A stretch of 64,000 bases of DNA. It comes from a bacterium. GTDB taxonomy: Bacteria; Bacteroidota; Ignavibacteria; Kapaibacteriales; Kapaibacteriaceae. Position 1 is the stretch's first letter; every line of letters starts with the position of its first letter. The stretch lies in NCBI GenBank assembly GCA_034440235.1, contig JAWXBR010000017.1:12566-76565 (forward strand), read 5' to 3'. Positions 21,072-31,710 of this stretch are shown one piece after another. The notes beneath the pieces were generated by a model. That model searched no databases and was not told where the DNA came from. It saw nothing but the letters and a program-made list of their open reading frames with translations. The translations under genes were made by a program, and so were the position numbers.

Positions 21072-23507
21072 ATGAACAATCTTGTCATCGTAGAGTCACC
21101 ATCAAAAGCCAAGACCATCCAAAAGTTTCTTGGGGGTGATTTTATCGTGACGTCGTGCATGGGACATATCCGAGATCTTCCGGGTAACGACAAGGCCATC
21201 GACGTAGAAAACAATTTCACGCCAGTGTATGAAGTGTCCGATGACAAGAAGAAGCTTGTAAACGACCTCAAGAAAATGGCGAAGCAGGCAGACGTCGTCT
21301 GGCTCGCGTCCGACGAGGACCGTGAGGGTGAAGCCATTGCATGGCATCTCTATGAGGCTCTCGCGTTAACCCCAGAAAAAACGCGACGCATTGTCTTTCA
21401 CGAAATCACGAAGGCTGCAATTCTTAAGGCGGTACAGCAGCCGCGTCAGATCGATCTGAACCTCGTTGATGCACAACAGGCACGTCGGGTACTCGATAGG
21501 CTTGTGGGTTACGGACTCTCCCCTGTTCTCTGGCGCAAGGTGCAGAAGAACCTTTCGGCCGGACGTGTTCAGTCTGTTGCCGTCCGCCTCGTCGTCGAAC
21601 GCGAACGCGAGATCCAGGAGTTCAACGCAACGAGTCAGTTTCGCATTAAGGCCTTCTTTGATGTCGACGGACGTACTCTTATCGCAGAACTTCCACGCCG
21701 CTTCGATACAGAAGAAGAGGCGCGTGCATTTCTGCAAGCGTGTGTTGGTGCGTCGTTTCACATCTCGAACCTCGAAACCAAGCCAGGAAAGAAATCGCCG
21801 GCAGCCCCCTTCACAACATCTACTCTGCAGCAGGAAGCAAGTCGTAAGCTTGGGTACTCGCTGTCGCGCACGATGAAGCTTGCGCAGGATTTGTACGAGC
21901 AGGGACATATCTCGTACATGCGTACCGATTCGGTGAACCTGTCAGAAACTGCCATTGAAGGGGCTAAGGCAGAGGTCTTGTCGGCGTACGGAACCGAGTA
22001 CAGCAACCCAAAGAACTACACAACAAAGGTTGCAAGCGCGCAAGAGGCGCACGAAGCAATACGTCCGACCGAATTCGGACTGCGTGTTGCGGGCGAAAGC
22101 GACAATCATAAAAAGCTTTACGATCTAATCTGGAAGCGTACTATTGCATCGCAAATGGCAGATGCTAAACTCGAGCGCACAACAGCAACAATTGCCGTAT
22201 CGACTGTCCCCGACTCGCTCGTGGCAACAGGCGAGGTGCTAATTTTCGACGGCTTCCTGAAGGTGTACATGGAGTCGAGCGACGAGGAATCGACCCAGGA
22301 CGATGACGATACATCGAAGATGTTGCCACCGCTGGAGATGAATCAGACGCTGAATTTTCTGGCGATGAATGCAAACGAACGCTTTTCTCGTCCGCCCGCC
22401 CGATATACCGAAGCGAGTCTCGTTCGCAAGCTCGAGGAGCTCGGCATCGGACGTCCCTCTACCTACGCTCCAACTATCTCGACCATTCAAGCCCGCAAGT
22501 ATGTCGTAAAAGAAGACCGTGATGGCAAGCAACGCGAAATACGTTCGTTGCGGCTCGAAGACTTCAACATTACACGTGCTGTAGAGGTCGAGAACACAGG
22601 CGCAGAGCGCTCGAAGCTGTTCCCTACCGATGTTGGCAGTGTTGTAACAGACTTCCTGAAGATGCACTTCGAAGGCATCATGGATTACGGCTTTACGGCA
22701 AGTGTAGAAAAGCAATTCGACGAAATAGCGCATGGTCAGCTCAAATGGACAGAAATGATCCGCGAGTTCTACGTGCCGTTCGATGCCGAAGTAAAAAAGA
22801 CAACAGAAACAGCAGAACGTCAGAGCGGCGAACGTCAGATTGGCGTCGATCCGGTAAGTGGTAAAAATGTTTATGTACGCCTTGCACGTTACGGACCCGT
22901 AGTGCAAATCGGTGAAGCCGACGATCCGGATAAGCGTTTAAAGGGGCTCTCGGGGCCTATGTCTATTGCCACCGTTACAATGGACGAAGTGATGGAGCTC
23001 TTCAAGTTCCCTCGCATGATTGGAACGTTCGAAGACTTCAACATGGATGTGAAGCTCGGACGATTTGGTCCGTACATCGAGCACAACAAAGCCTTCTACT
23101 CCATCCCCAAGGAAGACGACCCATACACCATCGAGGGTGAGCGTGGAGTCGAAGTCATCATTGCACGACGTCAGAACATTCTCGACCGAACCATCAAGAC
23201 CTTCGACGAAGACCCAACGGTAAAAATCATCAAGGGCAGATGGGGTCCGTTCATCTCTTACGGCAAACAGAACGTCCGCATCCCCAAGGGCACCGAAGCT
23301 GCAACCCTAACGCTCGAAGAATGTTTGCAGCTCGCAGCACAACAGGCACCCGTCAAGAAGTCGCGCAAAAAAGCAACCGAAGACGAAGACCCAGATGCAG
23401 TAAAAGCTCCAGCCTCGAAAAAGGCCGCTGCGAAGAAAAAACCTGCAGCAAAAAAGAAGGCCGCTGCAAAGAAAAAGACTGTAGCAAAGAAGAAACCGGC
23501 ATCATGA
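21072..23507 (+). CDS. topA: DNA topoisomerase I with Lys/Ala-rich tail
   Basis: IVESPSKAKTI, DEDREGE, AGRVQS, SYMRTDS, GRPSTY. Confidence 0.98.
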   Translation: MNNLVIVESPSKAKTIQKFLGGDFIVTSCMGHIRDLPGNDKAIDVENNFTPVYEVSDDKKKLVNDLKKMAKQADVVWLASDEDREGEAIAWHLYEALALTPEKTRRIVFHEITKAAILKAVQQPRQIDLNLVDAQQARRVLDRLVGYGLSPVLWRKVQKNLSAGRVQSVAVRLVVEREREIQEFNATSQFRIKAFFDVDGRTLIAELPRRFDTEEEARAFLQACVGASFHISNLETKPGKKSPAAPFTTSTLQQEASRKLGYSLSRTMKLAQDLYEQGHISYMRTDSVNLSETAIEGAKAEVLSAYGTEYSNPKNYTTKVASAQEAHEAIRPTEFGLRVAGESDNHKKLYDLIWKRTIASQMADAKLERTTATIAVSTVPDSLVATGEVLIFDGFLKVYMESSDEESTQDDDDTSKMLPPLEMNQTLNFLAMNANERFSRPPARYTEASLVRKLEELGIGRPSTYAPTISTIQARKYVVKEDRDGKQREIRSLRLEDFNITRAVEVENTGAERSKLFPTDVGSVVTDFLKMHFEGIMDYGFTASVEKQFDEIAHGQLKWTEMIREFYVPFDAEVKKTTETAERQSGERQIGVDPVSGKNVYVRLARYGPVVQIGEADDPDKRLKGLSGPMSIATVTMDEVMELFKFPRMIGTFEDFNMDVKLGRFGPYIEHNKAFYSIPKEDDPYTIEGERGVEVIIARRQNILDRTIKTFDEDPTVKIIKGRWGPFISYGKQNVRIPKGTEAATLTLEECLQLAAQQAPVKKSRKKATEDEDPDAVKAPASKKAAAKKKPAAKKKAAAKKKTVAKKKPAS

Positions 23508-25570
23508 CAAAACGAATAGCACTTGTGCTTTCGTTTGTTCTCGGATTTGTATCCGCCATTGCTACCGTGCCGATTCAAGGACCTACTGTTGTATGCGTTG
23601 GAAGATGGCCCGTAAGCTTGCAAGCCCCCACCGGCTTCCAATCGTATCAGTGGAATACAGGCGCAACAACAAATGAAATTTTCATCACGCGTTCCGGCAC
23701 CTACACGGTAGTCACACGTCGATCGAATGGTACCGTCGATACTGGAACGATTATCGTTCGCGAAGCGCCGCTGCCAAAACCTTTTATTGGTAACCCTATT
23801 GAATATATATGTCGCGGAGATGCGGTCTCGCTCCAGGCGCAGAGCGGATTCGTGAGCTATTTATGGAATACTGGCGAACGCACACAAAGTATTCGCATCG
23901 ATACTGCCGGATTTTACCGCGTTACAGTAACCGATACAAATGGATGCGTAGGCTCTTCCGATTCGCTTCAAGTTGTCGTTGTTGAAAGACCAAAGCCTAA
24001 CATTTACGGTCCGTACACCGTGTGTAGTGGCTCGACGGTGTTGTACAAAACCGAAAACATCGCAGGTGCGATATATCAATGGACGACGGTTGGCGGACAG
24101 GTTACGGGCACAGCGCGAGGTCCTACTGTAAGAATTATCTGGCCCGGTGGCCAAGGCCGCGTAGACGTGCGTGTTAGCATGCTACGTCCGGATGGGGGCT
24201 CATGCGACACAACGGTCGGTTTGATCGTCCGTATCGGATCAAAACTTCAACCGTTGCTGAGCTTCCAATCGCGCATGATTTGTCAGGGCGACAGCACTGA
24301 ATTCGATGCTGGAGGGGGCTTCTCCAGCTATCGCTGGAGCAATGGGGCTACCACGCAAAAGATCATGGTTAAAACTGCCGGTAGTTACTGGGCAGAATTA
24401 ACCGATTCGAGCGGTTGTTCTGGCACCAGCGATACTGTTACTGCGCTTGTACATCCGTTACCTGTTGTCCGAATTGCGGGTGATTCGTCGTTATGCGATG
24501 GCGAAGAAATTGTTCTGAGTGCGTTTGCAACGTGGAACGATGTCATTAGATGGGAATGGAGCAACGGTCTCGTACAACGTTCGATCTTTGTAAACACACC
24601 CGGCACATACACCGTTGTTGGTACTACGGCGAATGGATGCAGAGATAGTATCTCGAAAACTATTCTACCTGCTGCGCAAGCAGTGATTACGGCACCCGAT
24701 TCGCTCGATTTCGATTCGCTTGAAATTGGCAGCGGACGTTTTCTGCCCTTCTTGCTCGAGAACCGAACAGCGTTGTTAATTCGTGTCCTTAGTGCGCGTC
24801 TCGCCTCGGGTCGCACAAACCCAGCCCTATCAGTTCCTTCGCTGCCAAATCAGATTCCCGGCAATGGCGATCTGACGTTTGTCTTGTCGTGGCAGGCCCT
24901 CATTGAGGGTGCGTTTACCGACACACTGCTTATAGAAATTGATGGTCCCGAATGTCCATCTACCGTTCGTATACCCATCAAGGGTTATGCCTTCTTCCGT
25001 CCGCGTGTTCCCGTCAGCATTAGTATCGGCGATACTGTTGTTCCTGTAGGCACCATCCTCGACATGCCCATCCGAATTCGAGCTACTGCGCCTCGCGACG
25101 AGGACCTCACGTTGTTTGAATTTTCTGTGTCGTGGAACGATTGGGTGTACTTCGTCACGGGACTCGATCCGGCGATTGTCGTATCAGACGCATCAATTGG
25201 AGGAATACGCACCGTACGTTTCCGATTTACATCCTTCCACTTTCCCATCGACACATCCATTGTGTTACGCGGTGCAGTGTTACTTGGATCGCCCCTACAA
25301 ACCGAACTAGTGCCCGATAATGTTTCCATCACCGGTACTGGTAAATCTGTTTACGAAGTCACCACCGACCCAGGAAACATCAGCATGTTCGGCTGCTTCC
25401 TAGCCGGACGTCTGGTGCGATACCCTTACCTTGAGTCGACTACCGTTATCACCAACCTGGTTGGTGAAACAATGGCGTGTGACATAGACGAGCTGCCGAG
25501 TGGCAGTTACATTCTCACAACAGTAAGAGGCCCAACGGTGCAAAGCGCGATGATGACAATCGTCCGCTAG
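23504..25570 (+). CDS. secreted multi-Ig-repeat surface protein
   Basis: Signal peptide from ATG 23504 (ATGA overlap with topA); repeated SYxW(N/S)(T/N)G...GxYxV units; degenerate T9SS-like C-terminus. Confidence 0.75.
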   Translation: MTKRIALVLSFVLGFVSAIATVPIQGPTVVCVGRWPVSLQAPTGFQSYQWNTGATTNEIFITRSGTYTVVTRRSNGTVDTGTIIVREAPLPKPFIGNPIEYICRGDAVSLQAQSGFVSYLWNTGERTQSIRIDTAGFYRVTVTDTNGCVGSSDSLQVVVVERPKPNIYGPYTVCSGSTVLYKTENIAGAIYQWTTVGGQVTGTARGPTVRIIWPGGQGRVDVRVSMLRPDGGSCDTTVGLIVRIGSKLQPLLSFQSRMICQGDSTEFDAGGGFSSYRWSNGATTQKIMVKTAGSYWAELTDSSGCSGTSDTVTALVHPLPVVRIAGDSSLCDGEEIVLSAFATWNDVIRWEWSNGLVQRSIFVNTPGTYTVVGTTANGCRDSISKTILPAAQAVITAPDSLDFDSLEIGSGRFLPFLLENRTALLIRVLSARLASGRTNPALSVPSLPNQIPGNGDLTFVLSWQALIEGAFTDTLLIEIDGPECPSTVRIPIKGYAFFRPRVPVSISIGDTVVPVGTILDMPIRIRATAPRDEDLTLFEFSVSWNDWVYFVTGLDPAIVVSDASIGGIRTVRFRFTSFHFPIDTSIVLRGAVLLGSPLQTELVPDNVSITGTGKSVYEVTTDPGNISMFGCFLAGRLVRYPYLESTTVITNLVGETMACDIDELPSGSYILTTVRGPTVQSAMMTIVR

Positions 25571-25584
25571 GATGGCGATTCATG

Positions 25585-25687
25585 CGTAGCGGTTTGGGCA
25601 GCTCTGCGCTGCCCGGTTTGAGCCGCTGGTCACGACGTAGCGGTTTGGGCAGCTCTGCGCTGCCCGGTTTGATCTGCTTCGCAGATC
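25585..25687. repeat. two identical 37-bp REP-like hairpins plus a third hairpin, between convergent genes
   Basis: cgtagcggtttGGGCAGCtctgcGCTGCCCggtttga at 25585-25621 and 25636-25672; GATCTGCttcGCAGATC at 25671-25687. Confidence 0.8.
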
Positions 25688-27842
25688 ACTTCACAAACAA
25701 CATTTCACGGTAGTTCGGAAGCGGCCAGTGCTCGTACGCCACCACTCGCTCGAGCGAGTCTGATGCTTTGCGCACCTCCATCATCGCGGGCACAACACTG
25801 TCGCGCATGTGATGACACTTGCTGTGAAGATCGTCGCCACCGAGATCCATGTTTGCTACGCGCAGATTTTCGATTGCGTCAGAAAGTGCATCGACGCCTT
25901 CGAGCACACGCGCCGTTGTCCTGTCGAGTGCGGTAGACCCCTTCACACCCGTTGCATGCAACTCGCGCAAATACTTTAGCGAGCTAGGCAGAATCTGGGT
26001 TTGCGCCATCCATTCTGTGGTTTCGCCTTCGATGTTTACGGTCTTGAAGTACATGTCGAGCATGACTTCCTGACGTGCCTCCAGTTCGCGTTTCGAGAGC
26101 ACGTTTGCGGCCGAGAACAAGGCAACGTTTTTGTCATCTATGAGATGTTCGATTGCTTCGACAGCACTCTTGTAGTTCTGAAGTCCGCGCTTCTCCGCCT
26201 CTTTCTGCCATTTTATATTATAACCATCGCCATTAAACACAATTCGGCCATGTTTATCATACACGCTCTTCAACACGTCGCGCAATGCCGTTTCGAGAGG
26301 CTGCTTTTTCTTGATGCGTACTTCGACCATTTTGGCCATATCGACAATCGACTCCGCAACAATTGTGTTTAACACAGTAATTGGGAACGACACCGACTGC
26401 GATGAACCCACGGCGCGGAATTCGAACTTGTTGCCGGTAAATGCAAATGGCGATGTGCGGTTTCTGTCACCAGTGTGACGTGGCAGCGGCGGAAGCACTG
26501 GCGAGCCAAGTCCCATGAGACCCGACTTCTTCTGCGCAGTACCCTTACCACTAACGATGCGTTCGTAAATGCCCGTTAGTTCATCTCCAAGAAAGATCGA
26601 AAGAATTGCAGGTGGTGCTTCGTTGGCACCGAGTCTGTGATCGTTCTGTGCCGACGAAACAGAAATGCGCAACAAATCCTGATGCATATCAACAGCACGT
26701 ATCACTGCAGCACAGAAAAACAGGAATTGCATGTTTTCCTGCGGCGTATCACCAGGTTCGAGCAGGTTCACGCCAGTATCTGTCGCCAATGCCCAATTCA
26801 CATGTTTACCTGAGCCGTTAATACCAGCAAACGGCTTCTCGTGCACGAGACACACAAGACCATACTTGCGTGCAGTGTTTTTTAACACCTGCATTACCAA
26901 CTGCTGATGATCGGCCGCAACGTTCGAGTGCTCGAACACTGGAGCAACTTCGTATTGCCCTGGTGCAACCTCGTTGTGACGTGTCTTTATCGGAATACCC
27001 AATGCATACAGCTGATGTTCTGCATCTGTCATGTACGTAAGAATGCGCTCCGGAATCGAGCCGAAATAATGGTCCTCAAGTTCTTGTCCACGCGGCGGCT
27101 TTGTGCCGAACAACGTACGTCCCGTCATCACGAGATCTGGACGTCGGTAGAAAAACCCTTCATCGATGAGAAAGTATTCCTGCTCTGCACCAACCGTCGA
27201 ACTCACCTTCGACACATCCTTTGTTTCGAGCAACTCAAGTGCGCGCCGCGATGCAATGTTCAATGTTTCCATCGAACGCAGCAACGGTGTTTTGTGGTCG
27301 AGTGCTTCACCTGTCCACGATGCAAATGCCGTCGGTATACACAACGTGGCGCCGTTTGTGTGGCGCATGATGAACGCAGCCGACGTTGGGTCCCAAGCTG
27401 TGTAGCCCCTTGCCTCAAACGTTGCGCGCAGTCCTCCGCTCGGAAACGAAGACGCGTCTGGCTCGCCCTGAATGAGCTCCTTGCCCGAGAACTGCGAAAT
27501 AGCAGAGCCGTCGCTCGTCGGCGTCACAAAGCTCTCGTGTTTCTCAGCAGTCAATCCGGTAAGGGGCTGAAACCAGTGTGTGTAGTGTGTTGCACCTTTT
27601 TCCATCGCCCATGTCTTCATCGCAAGCGCAACGGTATCCGCAATCGACGAGTCGATTACAGCACTACGCTCCATCGTTGCATGCAGCGACCTCCATACGG
27701 GTTTGCTGAGGCGCTGACGTAATTCGTCCATCGTCAGCACATCACTCGCAAACATTTCCGAAATCACATCAGAAGGTGTTGGCGTCTGAATACCATCGAA
27801 GCGCCAGTTGCGCGTTGCTGCCGAGATGTCGTAGTTGATCAT
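25686..27842 (-). CDS. glnA: glutamine synthetase type III
   Basis: [45 protein letters not shown]. Confidence 0.96.
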   Translation of the reverse strand: MINYDISAATRNWRFDGIQTPTPSDVISEMFASDVLTMDELRQRLSKPVWRSLHATMERSAVIDSSIADTVALAMKTWAMEKGATHYTHWFQPLTGLTAEKHESFVTPTSDGSAISQFSGKELIQGEPDASSFPSGGLRATFEARGYTAWDPTSAAFIMRHTNGATLCIPTAFASWTGEALDHKTPLLRSMETLNIASRRALELLETKDVSKVSSTVGAEQEYFLIDEGFFYRRPDLVMTGRTLFGTKPPRGQELEDHYFGSIPERILTYMTDAEHQLYALGIPIKTRHNEVAPGQYEVAPVFEHSNVAADHQQLVMQVLKNTARKYGLVCLVHEKPFAGINGSGKHVNWALATDTGVNLLEPGDTPQENMQFLFFCAAVIRAVDMHQDLLRISVSSAQNDHRLGANEAPPAILSIFLGDELTGIYERIVSGKGTAQKKSGLMGLGSPVLPPLPRHTGDRNRTSPFAFTGNKFEFRAVGSSQSVSFPITVLNTIVAESIVDMAKMVEVRIKKKQPLETALRDVLKSVYDKHGRIVFNGDGYNIKWQKEAEKRGLQNYKSAVEAIEHLIDDKNVALFSAANVLSKRELEARQEVMLDMYFKTVNIEGETTEWMAQTQILPSSLKYLRELHATGVKGSTALDRTTARVLEGVDALSDAIENLRVANMDLGGDDLHSKCHHMRDSVVPAMMEVRKASDSLERVVAYEHWPLPNYREMLFVK

Positions 27843-28297
27843 GGGGTTGTTTTGAATAAGTTCATGACGAGAGTTTCTTTATGCGTAGAAAGTGCGACGT
27901 TGGTTTGTGTGCGCGATACGCCTTTCCACTGCTGCACGGCCGATAGTAATTGTTCGAGTGCTGCAGTGTTTTTAACGCGTATTTTTAACATGTGTGATGC
28001 GGTGCCCGTGACGGCGTGACATTCGAGGATTTCTTTGCGCTGACGGCATGAACGACGAAAGGAGTCGTAGTGTGCGCTCGAATCGATGTCGACAAAGATG
28101 AAGGCCGTAACGTCCATCCCACACGCAATCGGGTCGAGTATTGCATGATATCCGCGGATCGTCCCCTCTTCTTCCATGCGCTTCACGTGATCACTCACTG
28201 TCGGCACAGAGGAGCCAATACGTTCTGCGATGTCACTCAGGCTAAAACGGGCGTTTTCCTGAAGAAGCGCACATATTTGTCGGTCGAGGTCCTTCAT
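27839..28297 (-). CDS. Lrp/AsnC family regulator
   Basis: DLDRQI...LQENAR HTH, ECHAVTG; ATGA overlap with glnA. Confidence 0.93.
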   Translation of the reverse strand: MKDLDRQICALLQENARFSLSDIAERIGSSVPTVSDHVKRMEEEGTIRGYHAILDPIACGMDVTAFIFVDIDSSAHYDSFRRSCRQRKEILECHAVTGTASHMLKIRVKNTAALEQLLSAVQQWKGVSRTQTNVALSTHKETLVMNLFKTTP

Positions 28298-28298
28298 T

Positions 28299-28314
28299 CT
28301 TTACGATCGTAAAG
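28299..28314. promoter_or_regulatory. perfect 16-bp palindrome next to the Lrp start (candidate operator)
   Basis: CTTTACGATCGTAAAG. Confidence 0.45.
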
Positions 28315-28381
28315 TTTTGAATGACCTAACTTAACGTTCGGAAAGCACTCAGACAACAGTTTTGGGGGAGAAATTATTCAC

Positions 28382-29083
28382 ATGGTTAAGAATGTCTTCG
28401 TGTGGCTTTTCAGAACTGCTCTTGCATTTCTAGTTGGGTCGGTGCTTCTCGTGCTCATCTATCGCATTATACCTCCGGCTATAACACCGCTCATGGCGTG
28501 GCGGTTGGTGCAAGCGCCGTTTACCGGACATCGCATGACCGTTCAACATCGTTGGGTTTCCTACGACGATCTGCCACCCGCAATCTTTAAGGCTGTAATG
28601 TCCGGCGAGGACGCTGGCTTCTTACGTCACGAAGGCATAGATTGGAAGGCCGTCGAGCGCGCGCAGAAAGCAAACCCTGGACGCATCAAGCGAGGCAAGC
28701 CTGCGCTCGGTGCAAGCACGATTTCCATGCAGACGGCAAAAAATGTTTTTCTCGTGCCGTGGCGCAGCATGGTGCGCAAGGCATTCGAATTTTACTTCAC
28801 GTACCTAATCGAAGCGCTATGGGGAAAGAAGCGCATTCTCGAAGTGTACGTAAACATGATTGAATGGGGCGACGGTATCTACGGTGTGCAAGCCGCATCT
28901 CGCTTCTACTTCAACAAAGACGCTTCGCAACTCACTGCCGACGAAGCAGCACGCCTTGCCGCTGTAGTCCCCAACCCGCGACGCTTTAACGCCGGTGCAC
29001 CGTCGAACTACACCAAGAAGCGTCAGTCGTTTATAAAGGGACGTATGGGTGGCATCGGGCTGCCGAAAAAATCCACGCGATAG
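28382..29083 (+). CDS. mtgA: monofunctional peptidoglycan transglycosylase
   Basis: GEDAGFLRHEG, GASTISMQTAKN, RKAFE, KKRILEVYVN. Confidence 0.95.
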   Translation: MVKNVFVWLFRTALAFLVGSVLLVLIYRIIPPAITPLMAWRLVQAPFTGHRMTVQHRWVSYDDLPPAIFKAVMSGEDAGFLRHEGIDWKAVERAQKANPGRIKRGKPALGASTISMQTAKNVFLVPWRSMVRKAFEFYFTYLIEALWGKKRILEVYVNMIEWGDGIYGVQAASRFYFNKDASQLTADEAARLAAVVPNPRRFNAGAPSNYTKKRQSFIKGRMGGIGLPKKSTR

Positions 29084-29087
29084 CCCC

Positions 29088-30194
29088 CTACGAATTCCGA
29101 TCTGTGTCATACTCCGCAAGCAAGAACTCTCTTGCGTGCGCCATGTCTGGTGGAAGTTCGGATTCGAACTCGAGGCGCTTGCCTGTTGTAGGGTGTGTGA
29201 AGCCCAGCGTCTTTGCGTGTAGCGCCTGACGTGGCATCATGTCGAGCAGACGTTGTGCGGTGCGGCGGTAGAGGTGGTGAATGGCAGTTACGCCCTCATC
29301 ACGTCCGTTGTAATCGGGGTCGCCGACGACAGAATGTTTTTGTGCCGCCATGTGTACACGTATCTGATGGGTGCGTCCCGTTCTCAACTTGCATTGAATG
29401 AGCGATGCACATGAGTAACGTTCTAACACCGTGATTTCTGTCGCTGCGTATTTGCCGCCCCTTGGCAGGACAGCGCGGAGCTTGCGATCGCGCGGACTGC
29501 GCCCCACATCACCTTCGAGAAGCATTGTATCATTTTTTACTACTCCCCATACCAGTGCTTCGTACAGACGTGATACCGTGCGTTCGAAGAACTGGTTTGA
29601 GAGATGCAGCGATGCTTCGTAGGTCTTGCCGACGACCATGAGGCCTGAGGTGTCTTTGTCGAGGCGGTGGACGATGCCCGGACGTACAGCGTCGGTGCCG
29701 AGCACTGCGGAGTGGTCGATTGGGAATCCTTCTTCGACGTCGATTTCTTCGCGCTCTTCATCTTCGTTTACAAGGTCGATGGCTTCGCGCACACCCATGT
29801 GCCACAGCACAGCATTCACGAGCGTACCGGTTCGGTTGCCGATGCCTGGGTGCACAGTAAGTCCCGCAGGTTTGTTTACAACAAGCAGCTGATCGTCTTC
29901 ATACACCACATCGAGTGGAATGTCTTGTGGGATAAGCTGGATAGGGGGCTGCTTCATCACGACCAGGCGTATGGTGTCGCCCGGACGAACCTTGTAATTA
30001 GAGCGAGAGGCGATACCGTTCACCGTTACCGTACCGTCGTCGATAGCCCTTTGCACACGCGTTCGCGTGGCATACATAACCGAGTGGGTAAGAAAGGCGT
30101 CGAGGCGTTCCGGCTTTTGTCCGCGAGTAATCACGAACTCATGCGTGTGTTCGATCTTGCCCGGTCCCGATGGGAGGTGTTCCGGGTTGTTCAT
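29088..30194 (-). CDS. rluD: RluA/RluD family pseudouridine synthase
   Basis: S4 domain, NKPAGL, HRLDKDTSG, TGRTHQIR. Confidence 0.93.
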   Translation of the reverse strand: MNNPEHLPSGPGKIEHTHEFVITRGQKPERLDAFLTHSVMYATRTRVQRAIDDGTVTVNGIASRSNYKVRPGDTIRLVVMKQPPIQLIPQDIPLDVVYEDDQLLVVNKPAGLTVHPGIGNRTGTLVNAVLWHMGVREAIDLVNEDEEREEIDVEEGFPIDHSAVLGTDAVRPGIVHRLDKDTSGLMVVGKTYEASLHLSNQFFERTVSRLYEALVWGVVKNDTMLLEGDVGRSPRDRKLRAVLPRGGKYAATEITVLERYSCASLIQCKLRTGRTHQIRVHMAAQKHSVVGDPDYNGRDEGVTAIHHLYRRTAQRLLDMMPRQALHAKTLGFTHPTTGKRLEFESELPPDMAHAREFLLAEYDTDRNS

Positions 30195-30726
30195 TCTGTT
30201 TTGAAGGGAGTTTGTGGCTTACAAAGAGTAAGGTCACAACACCCACACTGACGCAGGAATCTGCAACGTTGAAGACAGGCCAGTGTGTGTATCGATCGCC
30301 GAACCATGAGATGTCAGGAATATCAACTTGTATAAAATCTACCACCTTGCCGAAGAACAACGGGTCCTCGTTAAAGATGACACCGTAAAAAGCTCTGTCA
30401 ATTAGATTGCCAACCGCACCGGCAAGTATTAAGCCGACTGCGAGCTGAACAGACCAGTGTGCCGGACGTAGTCGTAGCAGATACCAAACAAGAAATGCCG
30501 CTACCACAATCGTCACCAGCGTTAGTACAATCTTACCCGCACCGAACTCAATGCCAAATGCCATTCCTGGGTTTTCGACGTACGTGAGTCGTACGAATTC
30601 GCCTACGAGCGGATGACTCTCGCCTAGGAACATGTTGTTCTTAACCCAGAGCTTGGTGATCTGGTCGAGCACAACAAGTACACATGCCATCACGACAAAT
30701 CGATATTGAGCGAATGCGAGGTTCAA
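30139..30726 (-). CDS. lspA: signal peptidase II
   Basis: DQITK, NPGMAFG, GAVGNLIDR, VVDF, FNVAD. Confidence 0.95.
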   Translation of the reverse strand: MNLAFAQYRFVVMACVLVVLDQITKLWVKNNMFLGESHPLVGEFVRLTYVENPGMAFGIEFGAGKIVLTLVTIVVAAFLVWYLLRLRPAHWSVQLAVGLILAGAVGNLIDRAFYGVIFNEDPLFFGKVVDFIQVDIPDISWFGDRYTHWPVFNVADSCVSVGVVTLLFVSHKLPSKQNEQPGTPPIGTGQDRTHA

Positions 30727-30739
30727 AATTTCTGACGCC

Positions 30740-31408
30740 TCACTTCACTGCGTCGGTATTCTTAGCCACGATTCTATCGATACCATCGACTGGACACTTC
30801 TGATGAATCTTGTACGAAGCGGAGAGCGTGGTTACTGGTACAGCGAGCAGACGTTCCTTCGCAATGAGGATACCACACATGCGACAGATGCCGTATGTCT
30901 TCTCAGTAATGCGTTGAAGCGCTTCTTCTAGCTTGCGGATATAATCTTGAATGCGCTGAATCTGAGCGTACGTCTTTTCTTTTTCGATTGCTTCTGAACC
31001 TTGTTCTGCCATGTGCATCGAATAGATCGCCGTTTCTTCTGTCGATTCGCTGCTCGTTAAATCGTCGAGACGTTCCTTAAGCATACGCAGTTCTTCGAAC
31101 GCGTCTTCTTTTGAACGCTCGATATTTGCTTTGAAGGTCGCAAGATCTTTGTCGGAATACTTGAGTCCTGGCTTAGGGGCCACTGGAACCATTGGTGGTT
31201 TCTTAGGCACAAGCGGGGCTGCGTTGGGCGTAAAAACAAAAGCTGCCCCGACAGCTTGGTTAACTGTCGGAGCAGCGGGTAGTGGGCCCGAAGACTTCAG
31301 CGACTTTTTCGTCACATTCCTACTCAATGCTGGCTTTGACTGGGCAATTCGGATATTCTCCGAATCATTTTTGGACGCTGTCGCTGAGGACACAGCCTTA
31401 GTCGACAC
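30740..31408 (-). CDS. TraR/DksA family protein; frame stays open upstream to 31514, probably fused to the H1-like ORF by a -1 shift
   Basis: Coiled coil with HMAEQGS tip; ALQRI..KTYGICRMCG..IAKERLLAVP. Confidence 0.88.
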   Translation of the reverse strand: MSTKAVSSATASKNDSENIRIAQSKPALSRNVTKKSLKSSGPLPAAPTVNQAVGAAFVFTPNAAPLVPKKPPMVPVAPKPGLKYSDKDLATFKANIERSKEDAFEELRMLKERLDDLTSSESTEETAIYSMHMAEQGSEAIEKEKTYAQIQRIQDYIRKLEEALQRITEKTYGICRMCGILIAKERLLAVPVTTLSASYKIHQKCPVDGIDRIVAKNTDAVK

Positions 31409-31470
31409 AGGAGCCGCTATCTTCGAGGAAGTCTTCTTTGGCGCCGGAACTGCCTTAGACGTTGGGGCCG

Positions 31471-31710
31471 TTAGGCTGCTTTTTTTTTTGCAGCTGTCTT
31501 CTTTGCTGCCTTCTTAGCAGGCTTAGCCTTCTTAGCTGCCTTAGCCTTCTTAGCAGGCTTTGCCTTCTTTGCAGCCTTCTTAGCTGGTGCTGCCTTCTTA
31601 GCTGTAGCCTTCTTAGCTGGTGCTGCCTTCTTAGCCGCCTTCTTGGCTGGCTTCTTGGCTGCCTTCTTAGCTGGCTTAGCCTTTTTCGCTGCCTTTTTCG
31701 CTGCTGCCAT
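31471..31710 (-). CDS. histone H1-like Lys/Ala/Pro-rich protein
   Basis: 79 aa of AKKAA/PAKKA repeats starting at ATG 31710. Confidence 0.8.
   Translation of the reverse strand: MAAAKKAAKKAKPAKKAAKKPAKKAAKKAAPAKKATAKKAAPAKKAAKKAKPAKKAKAAKKAKPAKKAAKKTAAKKKAA

Noticed and set aside
23240-23503. N-terminal extension of the 776-aa ORF
   Set aside because: It overlaps the topA tail; the signal peptide starts at ATG 23504.
30139-30194. 56-nt lspA/rluD overlap as a frameshift
   Set aside because: Both proteins are complete; it is most simply an unstructured LspA tail.
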